A DNA stretch of 64,000 nucleotides from Myxococcota bacterium (GCA_044344255.1 JBIJDH010000023.1:75396-139395), one strand, 5' to 3'. Counted from the first letter of the stretch, positions 17,863-26,485 are shown. Program-made: numbers and translations. The notes: a model not told the origin generated them from the sequence alone.

Positions 17863-19611
17863 TCAGCCAGACAGGCCGACGAGCCCGACCTCGGCGCGCG
17901 GGCGCATGGGGTAGTGCTCCCCGCCCTCCGCGCCGGCGTAGCGCGGCTTGGATTGTACGAGCCGCTCCAGATCGTAGGCGAAGGCGGGGCGAAGGGGGGC
18001 AGGGGCCTGGCTGCGACCCCAGGCGTGCATGCGGCGCTGCGCGGCGAGCGATCCGTCGTGGTACTGGCGCAGCACGTCGGGCAGGTTCAGCGGCGCGGGC
18101 GAGACCGGGGAGGCCGCGAAGGTGTCCGAGATGGCGCCCACGGCGGCCAGGGCCTCCATCTGGCCCGCCTCGACGCGGTCGGCGATGCCGGTGAGCTGGT
18201 CGAAGAGGGGGTCGAACTCGGGGAGGTCGGGGGCGAAGGAGCCGGGGACCGCGCAGGTGTCGAGCGCGGCGAGGTGGGTCTTGTCTCCGGTCTCGAGGTA
18301 GCGGAACAGCGCCCCCGAGATGCGGCTGCCCGAGAGGTGCCAGGAGAGGAACCAGACCTTCGACCAGGCCCGCCAGAGGTCGAAGTGGCGGAAGGAGACG
18401 TAGGAGCCGTGGATGAGCCGGTCGTTGTAGTCGAGGATCCCCTGGTTGAGGCGGTCGATGTGGGCGAAACGAGCGGCGGACAGGTCATTCTCATCGAGCG
18501 CCGAGAGGAGCGTGGCCGCCACCTGGTTTACCACCTGCAGCGAGTTGGCCATCCCGCGGGAGAAGAGGGCGTCGATCGCGCCAGCGGCGTGGCTCATCAG
18601 GCACCAGCGGTCACCCACGGTGCGCTTCGAGGAGAACTGGGTGCGGGGGGTCGAGACCCAGTTCCAGACAGGCCGGGCGTCGGCGAACTGGCGCTGGACC
18701 GCCGGAAAGCGGGTGAGGAAGGCGTCCCACTCCTGCTGCGGGGTGATGTCTGTCGGCCGGGGGGAGCGCCGGCTGTCGAAGCTGAGCCCGACGCTGCAGA
18801 GGGGGTTGGTGCTCTTGTCGTGGTTGTCGAAGGGGATCACCCACATCCAGCCGCCGTCGAAGATGTGGTGGAGCGTGCCCTGGTGCCAGGCCGTGGGCTG
18901 GCCGCCGTGGTCCACACACTCGTCGAAGGGGCGCACGCCGACCATGTGGGTGAAGAGCGTGCGGGAGTGGGTCTTGAAGCGGGCGGGCTGCTCGCGGAGA
19001 TCGAACTGCTGCGCGAGCACTGAGTTTTGTCCGCTGGCGTCGCAGAGGTAGCGGGCGCGGACGGTCTCTCCGCTGGCCGTCGAGAGGGTGACCCCGTCGG
19101 CCCCGATCTCCACGCCGCTCACGCTCGTGCGTTGCATCGCCTTCGCGCCGTATCGGATAGCGGCGTAGAAGAGGTGGGCGTCGATGTCCTGGCGGTGCAG
19201 GTGCATCTCGGGACCGAAGGGGAAGGCGGAGACGTTACACTGTGTGTTCTGCTCCGGCCGGTGCTCCACCCCCTCGCGGTGATAGGCGAAGCCGAAGTTT
19301 TTCTTTACGCCGCAGTTCCCGCTCACGTTGGCGCGGAGCTCGTCGATGGAGCTGCACTGCCAGATCTCCGGCACGTCGTATCGACAGGCCATGAGGCGCA
19401 TGAGGTAGCTCGTCTCCCCGATGGTCGACTCTCCGAGCGCGAAGCGGGGGTGCATGCCGTTGTCGATGAGGACGACGGAGAGCCCCTTGCGGGCGAGGAT
19501 GCAGGCCAACATCGACCCTGCGATGCCGCTGCCGAGGATCGCGACGTCGGCCTGGGGCCCGCGGGAGGTGGAGGGGGTGAGCGTGGGAGAGGGCGCGGTC
19601 TCGGCGGACAT
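17863..19611 (-). CDS. Flavin-dependent halogenase (PrnC-like FADH2/O2-dependent halogenase)
   Basis: GSGIAG FAD motif, HPRFALGEST, GVKKNFGF (conserved Lys region), GWMWVIPF halogenase signature, IDALFSRG; GGAG RBS before ATG 19611. Confidence 0.85.
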   Translation of the reverse strand: MSAETAPSPTLTPSTSRGPQADVAILGSGIAGSMLACILARKGLSVVLIDNGMHPRFALGESTIGETSYLMRLMACRYDVPEIWQCSSIDELRANVSGNCGVKKNFGFAYHREGVEHRPEQNTQCNVSAFPFGPEMHLHRQDIDAHLFYAAIRYGAKAMQRTSVSGVEIGADGVTLSTASGETVRARYLCDASGQNSVLAQQFDLREQPARFKTHSRTLFTHMVGVRPFDECVDHGGQPTAWHQGTLHHIFDGGWMWVIPFDNHDKSTNPLCSVGLSFDSRRSPRPTDITPQQEWDAFLTRFPAVQRQFADARPVWNWVSTPRTQFSSKRTVGDRWCLMSHAAGAIDALFSRGMANSLQVVNQVAATLLSALDENDLSAARFAHIDRLNQGILDYNDRLIHGSYVSFRHFDLWRAWSKVWFLSWHLSGSRISGALFRYLETGDKTHLAALDTCAVPGSFAPDLPEFDPLFDQLTGIADRVEAGQMEALAAVGAISDTFAASPVSPAPLNLPDVLRQYHDGSLAAQRRMHAWGRSQAPAPLRPAFAYDLERLVQSKPRYAGAEGGEHYPMRPRAEVGLVGLSG

Positions 19612-19644
19612 TCGGTGCTCCGGAACGGGGGTGCGCCGTGTCAT

Positions 19645-19660
19645 TCCAAGAACTGTGCCA
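19645..19660 (-). promoter_or_regulatory. Possible sigma-54-type promoter for the halogenase
   Basis: TGGCACAGTTCTTGGA: correct GG-N10 spacing but -12 is GG rather than GC. Confidence 0.4.
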
Positions 19661-19822
19661 GCGCCTCCGTCGCCCCCGCCTCGTCGGCCCTGCCTCCGCT
19701 CGGCCCCGAGCGGTGGTGGGGAGAGGCTGGAGCAAGCAGGGGATCTGCGCAGGGTGGGGCCGTGCGCGCGACCGGATCCCCCCGTGCGGGCGGATGAGCG
19801 GGCCCGTGGGGGCCCAGTGCGC

Positions 19823-19865
19823 CCGCGCATCGGCCGCGCATCGGCCGCGCATCGGCCGCGCATCG
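19823..19865. repeat. 11-bp tandem repeat (CCGCGCATCGG) x about 4, intergenic
   Basis: Read directly from sequence. Confidence 0.85.
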
Positions 19866-19927
19866 AGGGCCCCGGTCGAGGCGCACCCACTCCACCCCGT
19901 GGCTGGGCAGGTGGGAGAGGTTGCGGT

Positions 19928-20812
19928 TCACTCTGCCACTTGCCAGATCTGGACCTCGCCGCGGCTCTGGGTGGGGTCGGGGTCCCACGTGCCCGCGCCC
20001 ACCACGACGCGTCGGCCGTCGGGGCTGAAGGCCGCTGCGGTGATCGCTTGTCCCGCATAAAAGCCAGAGATCTCCGACCCGAAGGTGGCCGACTGCGAAT
20101 CGGCGTTCCACAGGCGGACGCTCCCGTCATCCGCTGCCGTGAGCATCCACCGGCCGTCGGGCGAGAACGATGCGGCTCGCACCCAGCCAGTGTGTCCTGT
20201 CAGCGTGCAAAGCAGAGTGCCGTACCTCGGCGAGTGTGGGTCGGCATCCCAGAGGCGGGCGGTGTTGTCACCGGGCCCCGTCAGCAGCCGTCGGCCATCG
20301 GGCGAAAACGAAGCGGCAAGGACGGGCCCCCTCTCCCCGACGTCAAGGCCAGGGAGCTCCTGCCCGAACGTGGCCGACTGCGGGTCGGCATTCCAGAGGC
20401 GGGCGGTGTTGTCATTGCTGCCCGTGAGCACCCGCCAGCCATCCGGGGAGAACGATGCGACGCTCACCGATCCAGTGTGCGCCACGAGCGTGCGGAGCAG
20501 CTTTCCGTACGTTTGGGAGCTTGGGTCGGCGTCCCACAAGCGGGCGGACTGGTCGTCGCTGCCCGTCAGCACGCGCTGGCCGTCGGGCGAAAACAGAGCG
20601 GCAGATGGATAGCTGGTTTGCCCTTCCAGCGTGCGGAGCGCGCGGGGCTGGGCGAGGAGCTTCAGGGGTGGCACATCCGCCCGGTGCGTGGGCTCGACTT
20701 CGGCCCCAGCGATGGGCAACTCGGTCACCGGGGCTTGTGGTTCGCGGGTGCACTGAGGAAGCACGGCAACCAGGAGGACGCCGATCAGGAGCAATGCCAA
20801 TCGTCTCAACAT
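19928..20812 (-). CDS. Exported WD40-repeat protein
   Basis: Signal/lipobox VLPQC; four similar FSPDGxRxLT..DxxARLW(D/N)AD repeats plus a fifth degenerate repeat. Confidence 0.85.
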   Translation of the reverse strand: MLRRLALLLIGVLLVAVLPQCTREPQAPVTELPIAGAEVEPTHRADVPPLKLLAQPRALRTLEGQTSYPSAALFSPDGQRVLTGSDDQSARLWDADPSSQTYGKLLRTLVAHTGSVSVASFSPDGWRVLTGSNDNTARLWNADPQSATFGQELPGLDVGERGPVLAASFSPDGRRLLTGPGDNTARLWDADPHSPRYGTLLCTLTGHTGWVRAASFSPDGRWMLTAADDGSVRLWNADSQSATFGSEISGFYAGQAITAAAFSPDGRRVVVGAGTWDPDPTQSRGEVQIWQVAE

Positions 20813-20847
20813 GGTCTCAATGCGGTCTTCGAAGCCAGCTCACCCGC

Positions 20848-22320
20848 TCAGGGCTGGCGGTCAAACACGAAGGTGACGTAGTAATTCTCGTCCGGGTCGA
20901 GCCCGGACGGGAAGGTCGCGGCGGCCATGGCGTCGTTCACGCACTTCACGATCACCTCGTCGTCGAGCACCTCCTCTGCCAGGCAGGACTCGACGAGCTT
21001 CCCATCGTGGTCGATGGAGAAGTGGAGGCCGACCTCGCCGGAGAGCGCGGGCCGCTCGGTGAGGCGGCCAGCGTAACAGTGCGCCACCGCGGGCAATTGG
21101 CGCCGCAGCTCGGCCGAGAGCTGCTCCGGGTCGGCCTGTTGGCCCTCCAGGCTGGTGGTCAGGGCGAAGGGAGGGCGGAGCTCGTTCCTGGGCCCGACAC
21201 GGACGTCCACGCCCTCTCCGGCGAGGCTCACGCGGCCGCGGGGGGCGGCGGAGTCACCGGGGCCGGAGTCGGCGGCGCTGACGCAGGCGATGGCCGTGGT
21301 GAGGCTGAGGGCGACGCAGGCGGCGAAGCTACGGGAGCGCGCGCTCCAGGGCTCGCGGGGGAGGCCGACCGCGAGCACGCGGAGGATGCGGGCCTCGGTC
21401 GAGCCCGGCTCGACCATACAGACCGCGCCGGCCCGGACGAGGGGGTGGCCGGTCAGGCTGCGGGCGACAGCCAGCAGCTCGGCGGCGTATCGAGACGCGG
21501 GGACGCCGACCTGGAGCACGAGGTCGTCGGCTGCGTGCTCGCGCTCGACGCGCAGCGCGGCCGCCGCCCGCCAGGCCAGCGGGTTCCACCAATAGAGGGC
21601 GGTGAGGAGCTGTGCCGCGAGCTGGATCCGGTTGTCGTGCCGGGCGACATGGCCGAGCTCGTGGAGGAGGACCGTCCGGAGGCGCTCGGGATCCCAGGCG
21701 TCTGCCGCGGCGGGGAGCAGGACGACGGGGCGAAGGAGCCCGAGGGTGAGCGGCACGCCGGCCTCGGCGCTGCGCAGCACGGGGACCGAGCCGCGGAGGC
21801 CGAGGATCTCAGCGGCCGCGAGGGCGGCGTCTGTCCAAGCGGTGGGCACCCGTGGATCGGCGCCCTCACGGAGCCGGCGCGCGGCGCGGTGGCCCCGGAT
21901 GACCCGGGCCGAGACGAGCACGGTCCCGGCTGCCCACGGGAGCGCCAGCCAGGAGAGCCACGGGAGGCCGGGCGGGAGGGCCGGCGACCGGACCGGAGAG
22001 GCCGACGCTGCGGTCCAGCCGCTGGCCGAGGTCAGCGACGCCGATGGGGGTGGCGACGCGGAGGTCTTTGCCCAGTCGGCCGCGCCGGTCACCGCGGGGA
22101 TCGGCAGCGTCGGGAGCCCGAGGGACAGCACGGGCACGAGGAGGGCAGAGGCCACGCCGAGGGCCCAGACCCGGTGGCGGGCCCCCGCTGAGCCTCTCCG
22201 CAGGAGCGCAGCGGCGCAGGCCGCCGTCGCGAGGACGAAGGTCGCCTTGAGGGCGACAGAGCAGAGGGTGATCATCGCAGGCTCCGAGGGGAGGAGGTGG
22301 TTGAGCGAGGCGTCCATCAT
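20848..22320 (-). CDS. M56 family metallopeptidase (BlaR1/MecR1-like) with C-terminal AgmX/PglI-like (TonB-C-like) domain
   Basis: RHRVW, HELGH zinc motif, YWWNPLAW, EHAADD; C-terminal HCY...LSGEV..F.I..DG...C..A.FP. Confidence 0.88.
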   Translation of the reverse strand: MMDASLNHLLPSEPAMITLCSVALKATFVLATAACAAALLRRGSAGARHRVWALGVASALLVPVLSLGLPTLPIPAVTGAADWAKTSASPPPSASLTSASGWTAASASPVRSPALPPGLPWLSWLALPWAAGTVLVSARVIRGHRAARRLREGADPRVPTAWTDAALAAAEILGLRGSVPVLRSAEAGVPLTLGLLRPVVLLPAAADAWDPERLRTVLLHELGHVARHDNRIQLAAQLLTALYWWNPLAWRAAAALRVEREHAADDLVLQVGVPASRYAAELLAVARSLTGHPLVRAGAVCMVEPGSTEARILRVLAVGLPREPWSARSRSFAACVALSLTTAIACVSAADSGPGDSAAPRGRVSLAGEGVDVRVGPRNELRPPFALTTSLEGQQADPEQLSAELRRQLPAVAHCYAGRLTERPALSGEVGLHFSIDHDGKLVESCLAEEVLDDEVIVKCVNDAMAAATFPSGLDPDENYYVTFVFDRQP

Positions 22321-22697
22321 CGGCCTTCCTTCCGGGCCTGCTCGATGAGCCCGGCGATCCGCTCGAGCTCCGCGGCGTCGAGGCGGTCGCGAGAGACATC
22401 GAGCAGGGCCGCGACGGCATCTTCTGTCGAGCCGCCGAAGAAGGTGTCGAGCATGGAGGTGAGCGCAGAGCGGCTGGCCTTCACCCGAGAGACCACCGGG
22501 GAGAAGACGAAGCGCGGGCCGCGCTCCTCGTGGCGGACATGGCCCTTCTCCTCGAGGATGCGCAGCAGGGCGCGCACGGCGGAGTTGGAGGGAGGGTCAG
22601 CCAGCCGCTCGCGCACCTCGGCGGCCGTGAGCCCCTCGGCTCCATACAGGATGTCCAGGATCTCTCTCTCACGGCGGCTGAGGGGCGGTGTGCTCAT
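22317..22697 (-). CDS. BlaI/MecI/CopY family transcriptional repressor
   Basis: LSRREREILDILY, VRALLRILEEKGHV, FFGGS motifs; ATGA overlap with the M56 gene. Confidence 0.92.
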   Translation of the reverse strand: MSTPPLSRREREILDILYGAEGLTAAEVRERLADPPSNSAVRALLRILEEKGHVRHEERGPRFVFSPVVSRVKASRSALTSMLDTFFGGSTEDAVAALLDVSRDRLDAAELERIAGLIEQARKEGR

Positions 22698-22731
22698 GCT
22701 GGTTTTCTAGCATGGTGCTAAAAATTTAGCA
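22697..22731. promoter_or_regulatory. Tandem palindromic operators (TGCTGG-TTTT-CTAGCA and TGCTAAA-AA-TTTAGCA), putative BlaI-type sites
   Basis: Two related 16-bp AT-rich inverted repeats (22697-22712, 22716-22731) abutting the repressor start codon. Confidence 0.7.
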
Positions 22732-22751
22732 AGCACTTCTCCTCCGGGACC

Positions 22752-23453
22752 TCATCCCCCCTCCGCCGCGGCCTCCGGGGGCCCGCCGGGCGTGCCATCG
22801 GCGCGCGGGGTGTAGACGGTGCCCATCCAGGGCTCGCTCGGGAGGCCCAGCGCGTCGAGCACCTGGACGCCCACGTCGTAGGCGGTGTCATAGGGGAGGG
22901 GGAAGGAGCCGCTCATCCCCACCCAGGCGAGGCCGTCGGCGGTGGTGGTCTTCGTGCAGCGCTCGCCGTCGAAGAGGACGTCGACGTCCGTGAGGAGGTC
23001 GGGGTCGATGAGGCCGTCGTCGGCCGGCTCCATCCAGAAGCGCAGGGTGCGGGTGTGGAGGTCGCCGTCGGGGTCGGAGGCCAGGATGGGGAGCGTGAAG
23101 GTCAGCACCTCGACGATGGGCTCCAGGGTGCCGTCTTCGCCGATCTCGCCCCCGCTGAGGATGTAGTCGGTGTCGGGTACGACGGGGGCGAGGGTGGGGC
23201 GCGTGCCCGAGCAGGGCGGGGCGTCAGTGTCGCCGCTGTCGTCGCCGCTGCCTTCGCCGCTGTCTTCGTCCCCGCCGCCTTCGCCGCCGCCCTCTCCCGC
23301 GCCGTCGCCCGCCTCCGAGAGGGCGCTGTCGATGGGCGCGTCCGGCTCGCCGTCTCGTTTGGCGGGGCGGCAGGCCAGCGCGCAGAGGAGCGCTCCGAGC
23401 CAGAGGCCGCTCGCCTCGCCGCGTGGACGCGCCTTCGCCGGCCTCCCGCTCAT
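22752..23453 (-). CDS. Hypothetical lipoprotein with Gly/Asp/Ser linker
   Basis: GGAGG RBS; lipobox ALAC; low-complexity linker then SDPDGD-containing domain. Confidence 0.7.
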   Translation of the reverse strand: MSGRPAKARPRGEASGLWLGALLCALACRPAKRDGEPDAPIDSALSEAGDGAGEGGGEGGGDEDSGEGSGDDSGDTDAPPCSGTRPTLAPVVPDTDYILSGGEIGEDGTLEPIVEVLTFTLPILASDPDGDLHTRTLRFWMEPADDGLIDPDLLTDVDVLFDGERCTKTTTADGLAWVGMSGSFPLPYDTAYDVGVQVLDALGLPSEPWMGTVYTPRADGTPGGPPEAAAEGG

Positions 23454-23511
23454 CGTGTCGCCTCCGGTCCACTCATCGGAGTGTCACCTTCGAGGCGGGG
23501 GTTAACGCGAC

Positions 23512-23537
23512 CGGCGCTCCAGAGTTCTGGAGCGCCG
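23512..23537 (-). terminator. Strong hairpin downstream of small peptide gene
   Basis: Perfect inverted repeat CGGCGCTCCAGA-GT-TCTGGAGCGCCG about 20 nt after the stop; no clear U-tract. Confidence 0.55.
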
Positions 23538-23555
23538 CGTCGCCCGAGACGGGGC

Positions 23556-23693
23556 CTACTTTCGGCTGTCTTCCTTCCCGCTCTTGACGTCGGACTCCCC
23601 GCGACCGGCGATGATGCCCGTGCGGACGACGAGCTCGACCTTGGCGGCGCCGCGGGCGAAGAAGGGGCGGACGGTCGGGGTGGTGCTGGACAT
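23556..23693 (-). CDS. 45-aa peptide with graspetide/microviridin-leader-like PFFAR motif
   Basis: MSSTTPTVRPFFARGAAKVELVVRTGIIAGRGESDVKSGKEDSRK; GGAG 6 nt upstream; sigma-54 promoter upstream and hairpin downstream. Confidence 0.7.
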   Translation of the reverse strand: MSSTTPTVRPFFARGAAKVELVVRTGIIAGRGESDVKSGKEDSRK

Positions 23694-23764
23694 GGGCATC
23701 TCCGGAGCGTGGGTGGGGGGCGGCTGCAGGGTCAGCGCAGGGTCGCTGTCCTGCAGGAGTCTTT

Positions 23765-23780
23765 TGCAAGGGGCGTGCCA
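23765..23780 (-). promoter_or_regulatory. Sigma-54 (-24/-12) promoter for the small peptide
   Basis: TGGCACGCCCCTTGCA matches the TGGCACG-N4-TTGC(A/T) consensus exactly. Confidence 0.8.
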
Positions 23781-24044
23781 GGTCGGTCGGAGGGCGCAGG
23801 CGCGGGGAGGCGCTCGGTGGTCGCGTGCTTTCGGGGCGCAGGTCTCCTGCCGCGGGGGCGGCCCGGCGCGGCGCGCGCACGCCGGCGCGAACGGGGGGTG
23901 AACGGCCCGGCGCGGTTCAGGCGCACGTCGCGACGCCCCTCGTCCGGTTTGGGCAACAAAAAGCACGGGTGACGGTGACGGGACGGCGCGGCCTCTGGGG
24001 GCCGACACCCGTGTCAGGGCACAGGCGGCGGGTTAGGTCGCCCC

Positions 24045-25577
24045 ATGAGCCTGCTGACCGAGATTCGCCGCTGCCTGGCTGACACGCCCCACTTCGGCTC
24101 GCTCGGGGTGGAGTCGGCGCACTGGCGGCGAGTCGCCTTGGAGGCGCTGCAGCGTCGGGCGGCCGGTGGGGTCCCTCCCGCTTCGGAGGAGGTTGCCCGC
24201 TGGCTCAGCACGGTCGAACCGGCCTGGACCTTCGCGGCCCTCGCAGCGGCGGACTTGCGGGAGCTGCTCGACGCGCCGACCCTGGTAAAGTCTATTGAAG
24301 AGGCGATTCGTATTGCCCTGCGCCTTGATCCAGTCGGGCTCGATCCAGTCCTCGATCCGCTTCTTCGAGGTCACCTCTCTGGCTGGCAGCAGGCCCACCT
24401 CCGTCAACATACGTCCGAAGGCGCGGTAGGGGTGTGGGTGGCGCGGGACACGCCCCAGTACCTGCGGGAGGTGGGACTGGTCGTTGATTCGCCGGCCCAA
24501 ATCACCGCAGCGGGGGCGCACCTCCTCCGCCTTCGAGACTCAGACGCGGTGGCCTTTCTCCTCGCGTTGGAGCTCGTACAGGCGGAAGACTCCGAGGACC
24601 CCTGGCGAATGCATGTGCGGGATGCCCTCGATCTCTGTCAGCACCCTGTCCAGCGCTGGAGGATGGATGGCCCGGACGATCTTCCCTCGATGCCGCTGGC
24701 GGTGCTCTATCGACTGAAGGCGCTGGAACTGGGATACACAGGGTTGGATTTTTCCGACGAAGAATACGGCTGGGCCGAGGGCATCGTGCTGACCGATCGT
24801 GGTCGCCGCATCCTCTCCACCTTGGTGGGCACTCCCGAGCCGGCGGTCATGAGCCTCGCCCGCGCCATGGTCGCCGATGCTTCTGCGACGAGGCCCACCC
24901 TCGCCGCCGGCTCCACCGTCGCGGTGGATGCGACCGTCCGTCACGCCGCCATGGTCGCCCACGAGCTTCACAACCTCCTCCTGCCCATGCGGAAGTCCCT
25001 CGAGCGCATTCACCTCGGCCTCGAGGGCTCACCGGAGCGTCCCGTGCTCGGACGGGACCTCGACAAGCTTGGCCAGATCGCGGACCGGCTCGAACGTTTC
25101 GCCTCCGAAAATCGAGAGCTCGCCGCGCAAGCCTCCGCCGCCCCGGGTCGATTCGACCTCGCATCCGCGCTCCGCGACGCCATTGCGCAGGAGAGCCTCG
25201 ACACCCCTTTCGACGAGGCGAGCGCCGCCGGGCACCCGCTCGACGGGCCGCGCCAGCGCTTCGTCCTGTCCATCGCCAACCTGCTGCGCAACGCCGTACA
25301 GAGCCGCGCCGGGGAGCCCGTCTCCATCGCGCTCGCGGTGCAGGTTCGCGGCAGTGCCGTGGTCTTGCACATCGACGACGACGGCCCCGGCGTGCCCGAA
25401 GCGCTGCGGCGTCGCATCTTCGACAATGGGATTCACCTCCGCCCGGATGGGACGGGCCACGGTCTCTCGGTGGTGCGCCAGGTGGTGGAGCGGGAGATGA
25501 AGGGCTCCATCACCTGCCTGCCCCGGCCCGGCGGCGGCTCCCGCTTCGAGCTGCGCCTGCCCCGCGCGGAGGACTGA
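24045..25577 (+). CDS. Cytoplasmic sensor histidine kinase with unusual N-terminal region
   Basis: H-box AHELHN, N-box NLLRNA, G1 DDDGPG, G2 GTGHGL; no transmembrane segment seen. Confidence 0.88.
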   Translation: MSLLTEIRRCLADTPHFGSLGVESAHWRRVALEALQRRAAGGVPPASEEVARWLSTVEPAWTFAALAAADLRELLDAPTLVKSIEEAIRIALRLDPVGLDPVLDPLLRGHLSGWQQAHLRQHTSEGAVGVWVARDTPQYLREVGLVVDSPAQITAAGAHLLRLRDSDAVAFLLALELVQAEDSEDPWRMHVRDALDLCQHPVQRWRMDGPDDLPSMPLAVLYRLKALELGYTGLDFSDEEYGWAEGIVLTDRGRRILSTLVGTPEPAVMSLARAMVADASATRPTLAAGSTVAVDATVRHAAMVAHELHNLLLPMRKSLERIHLGLEGSPERPVLGRDLDKLGQIADRLERFASENRELAAQASAAPGRFDLASALRDAIAQESLDTPFDEASAAGHPLDGPRQRFVLSIANLLRNAVQSRAGEPVSIALAVQVRGSAVVLHIDDDGPGVPEALRRRIFDNGIHLRPDGTGHGLSVVRQVVEREMKGSITCLPRPGGGSRFELRLPRAED

Positions 25578-25579
25578 CC

Positions 25580-26485
25580 ATGATCCCTCGTGTACTCGTG
25601 ATCGATGATGATGCGCTCTTCGCTGACGAGCTGCTCCTGATCCTCGCGCAGGAGGGCTACGAGGCCGAGATCGCGACCTCGACCGAGAGGGCTCGGGAAC
25701 ACCTTCGCGGTGCCCATTGGGATGTGGTCCTCCTGGACCAGCGTCTCCGAGGCCCCCACGGGCCCGACGACGGACTCGACCTCCTCCCCGAGGTGAGTCG
25801 CCTCTGCCCCGGCGCCCGGACCTTCATCGTGACCGGCTTCGCCCACCCGGGGCTCGTCGTGGAGGCGTTCCGCCTCGGGGCGGTGGACTACATCGAAAAG
25901 AACGACATCCTCGAGCCCATCTTGCGGGCCCGCCTGCGAAACCTGACCGAGGGGCAGGCGGAGCGCCGACTCGGGCAGGAGGCCGATCCCCAGGCCGCCC
26001 TCCTCGCCTGCTGGGCTTCGACCCAGGGAGAGGCCGATCCGCACCGCCGCGGACGCCTGCTGGAGGAGCTGATGAAGCGTCTCTTCCAAGGGATCCCCGG
26101 CTTCGCGCGTGTGGAAGCGCGAGTTCGAAGTCGTACCGGGGAGATAGACCTCGTGTTGGAGAACCACAGCCCTGACCCCTTCTGGTTTCACTTTGGGCCC
26201 TTCCTCATCGTCGAGTGCAAGAGCTGGACAGCAAAGGTCGGCTCGCCCGAGGTCCATGCGCTACGGGGCAAGATGGTCGCCTACGGCGGTCGTGCGGGGG
26301 TCGCCCTTCTCGTGGCCCCCGGCGGCTTCACCAGCGCCGCGGAGCCCGCCACGCGGGAGGGGCGGGTCCACACGCTGATCGGGCTCATCGGGCGAGAAGA
26401 GCTCGTTGCATTGGTTGAGGCCGGGCCTGTGCGCCGGCTGGAGCTCTTGGGTGAGGCCCTTCGGCGGGCCAGCCTCGGGGCTTGA
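25580..26485 (+). CDS. Response regulator receiver fused to Mrr-type (PD-(D/E)xK) restriction endonuclease domain
   Basis: REC: VIDDD, LLD(phospho-site), VTG, YIEK. Nuclease: GRLLEELM..LF, GEIDLV, IVECKSW, VG..EV, LLVAPGGFT. Confidence 0.85.
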   Translation: MIPRVLVIDDDALFADELLLILAQEGYEAEIATSTERAREHLRGAHWDVVLLDQRLRGPHGPDDGLDLLPEVSRLCPGARTFIVTGFAHPGLVVEAFRLGAVDYIEKNDILEPILRARLRNLTEGQAERRLGQEADPQAALLACWASTQGEADPHRRGRLLEELMKRLFQGIPGFARVEARVRSRTGEIDLVLENHSPDPFWFHFGPFLIVECKSWTAKVGSPEVHALRGKMVAYGGRAGVALLVAPGGFTSAAEPATREGRVHTLIGLIGREELVALVEAGPVRRLELLGEALRRASLGA

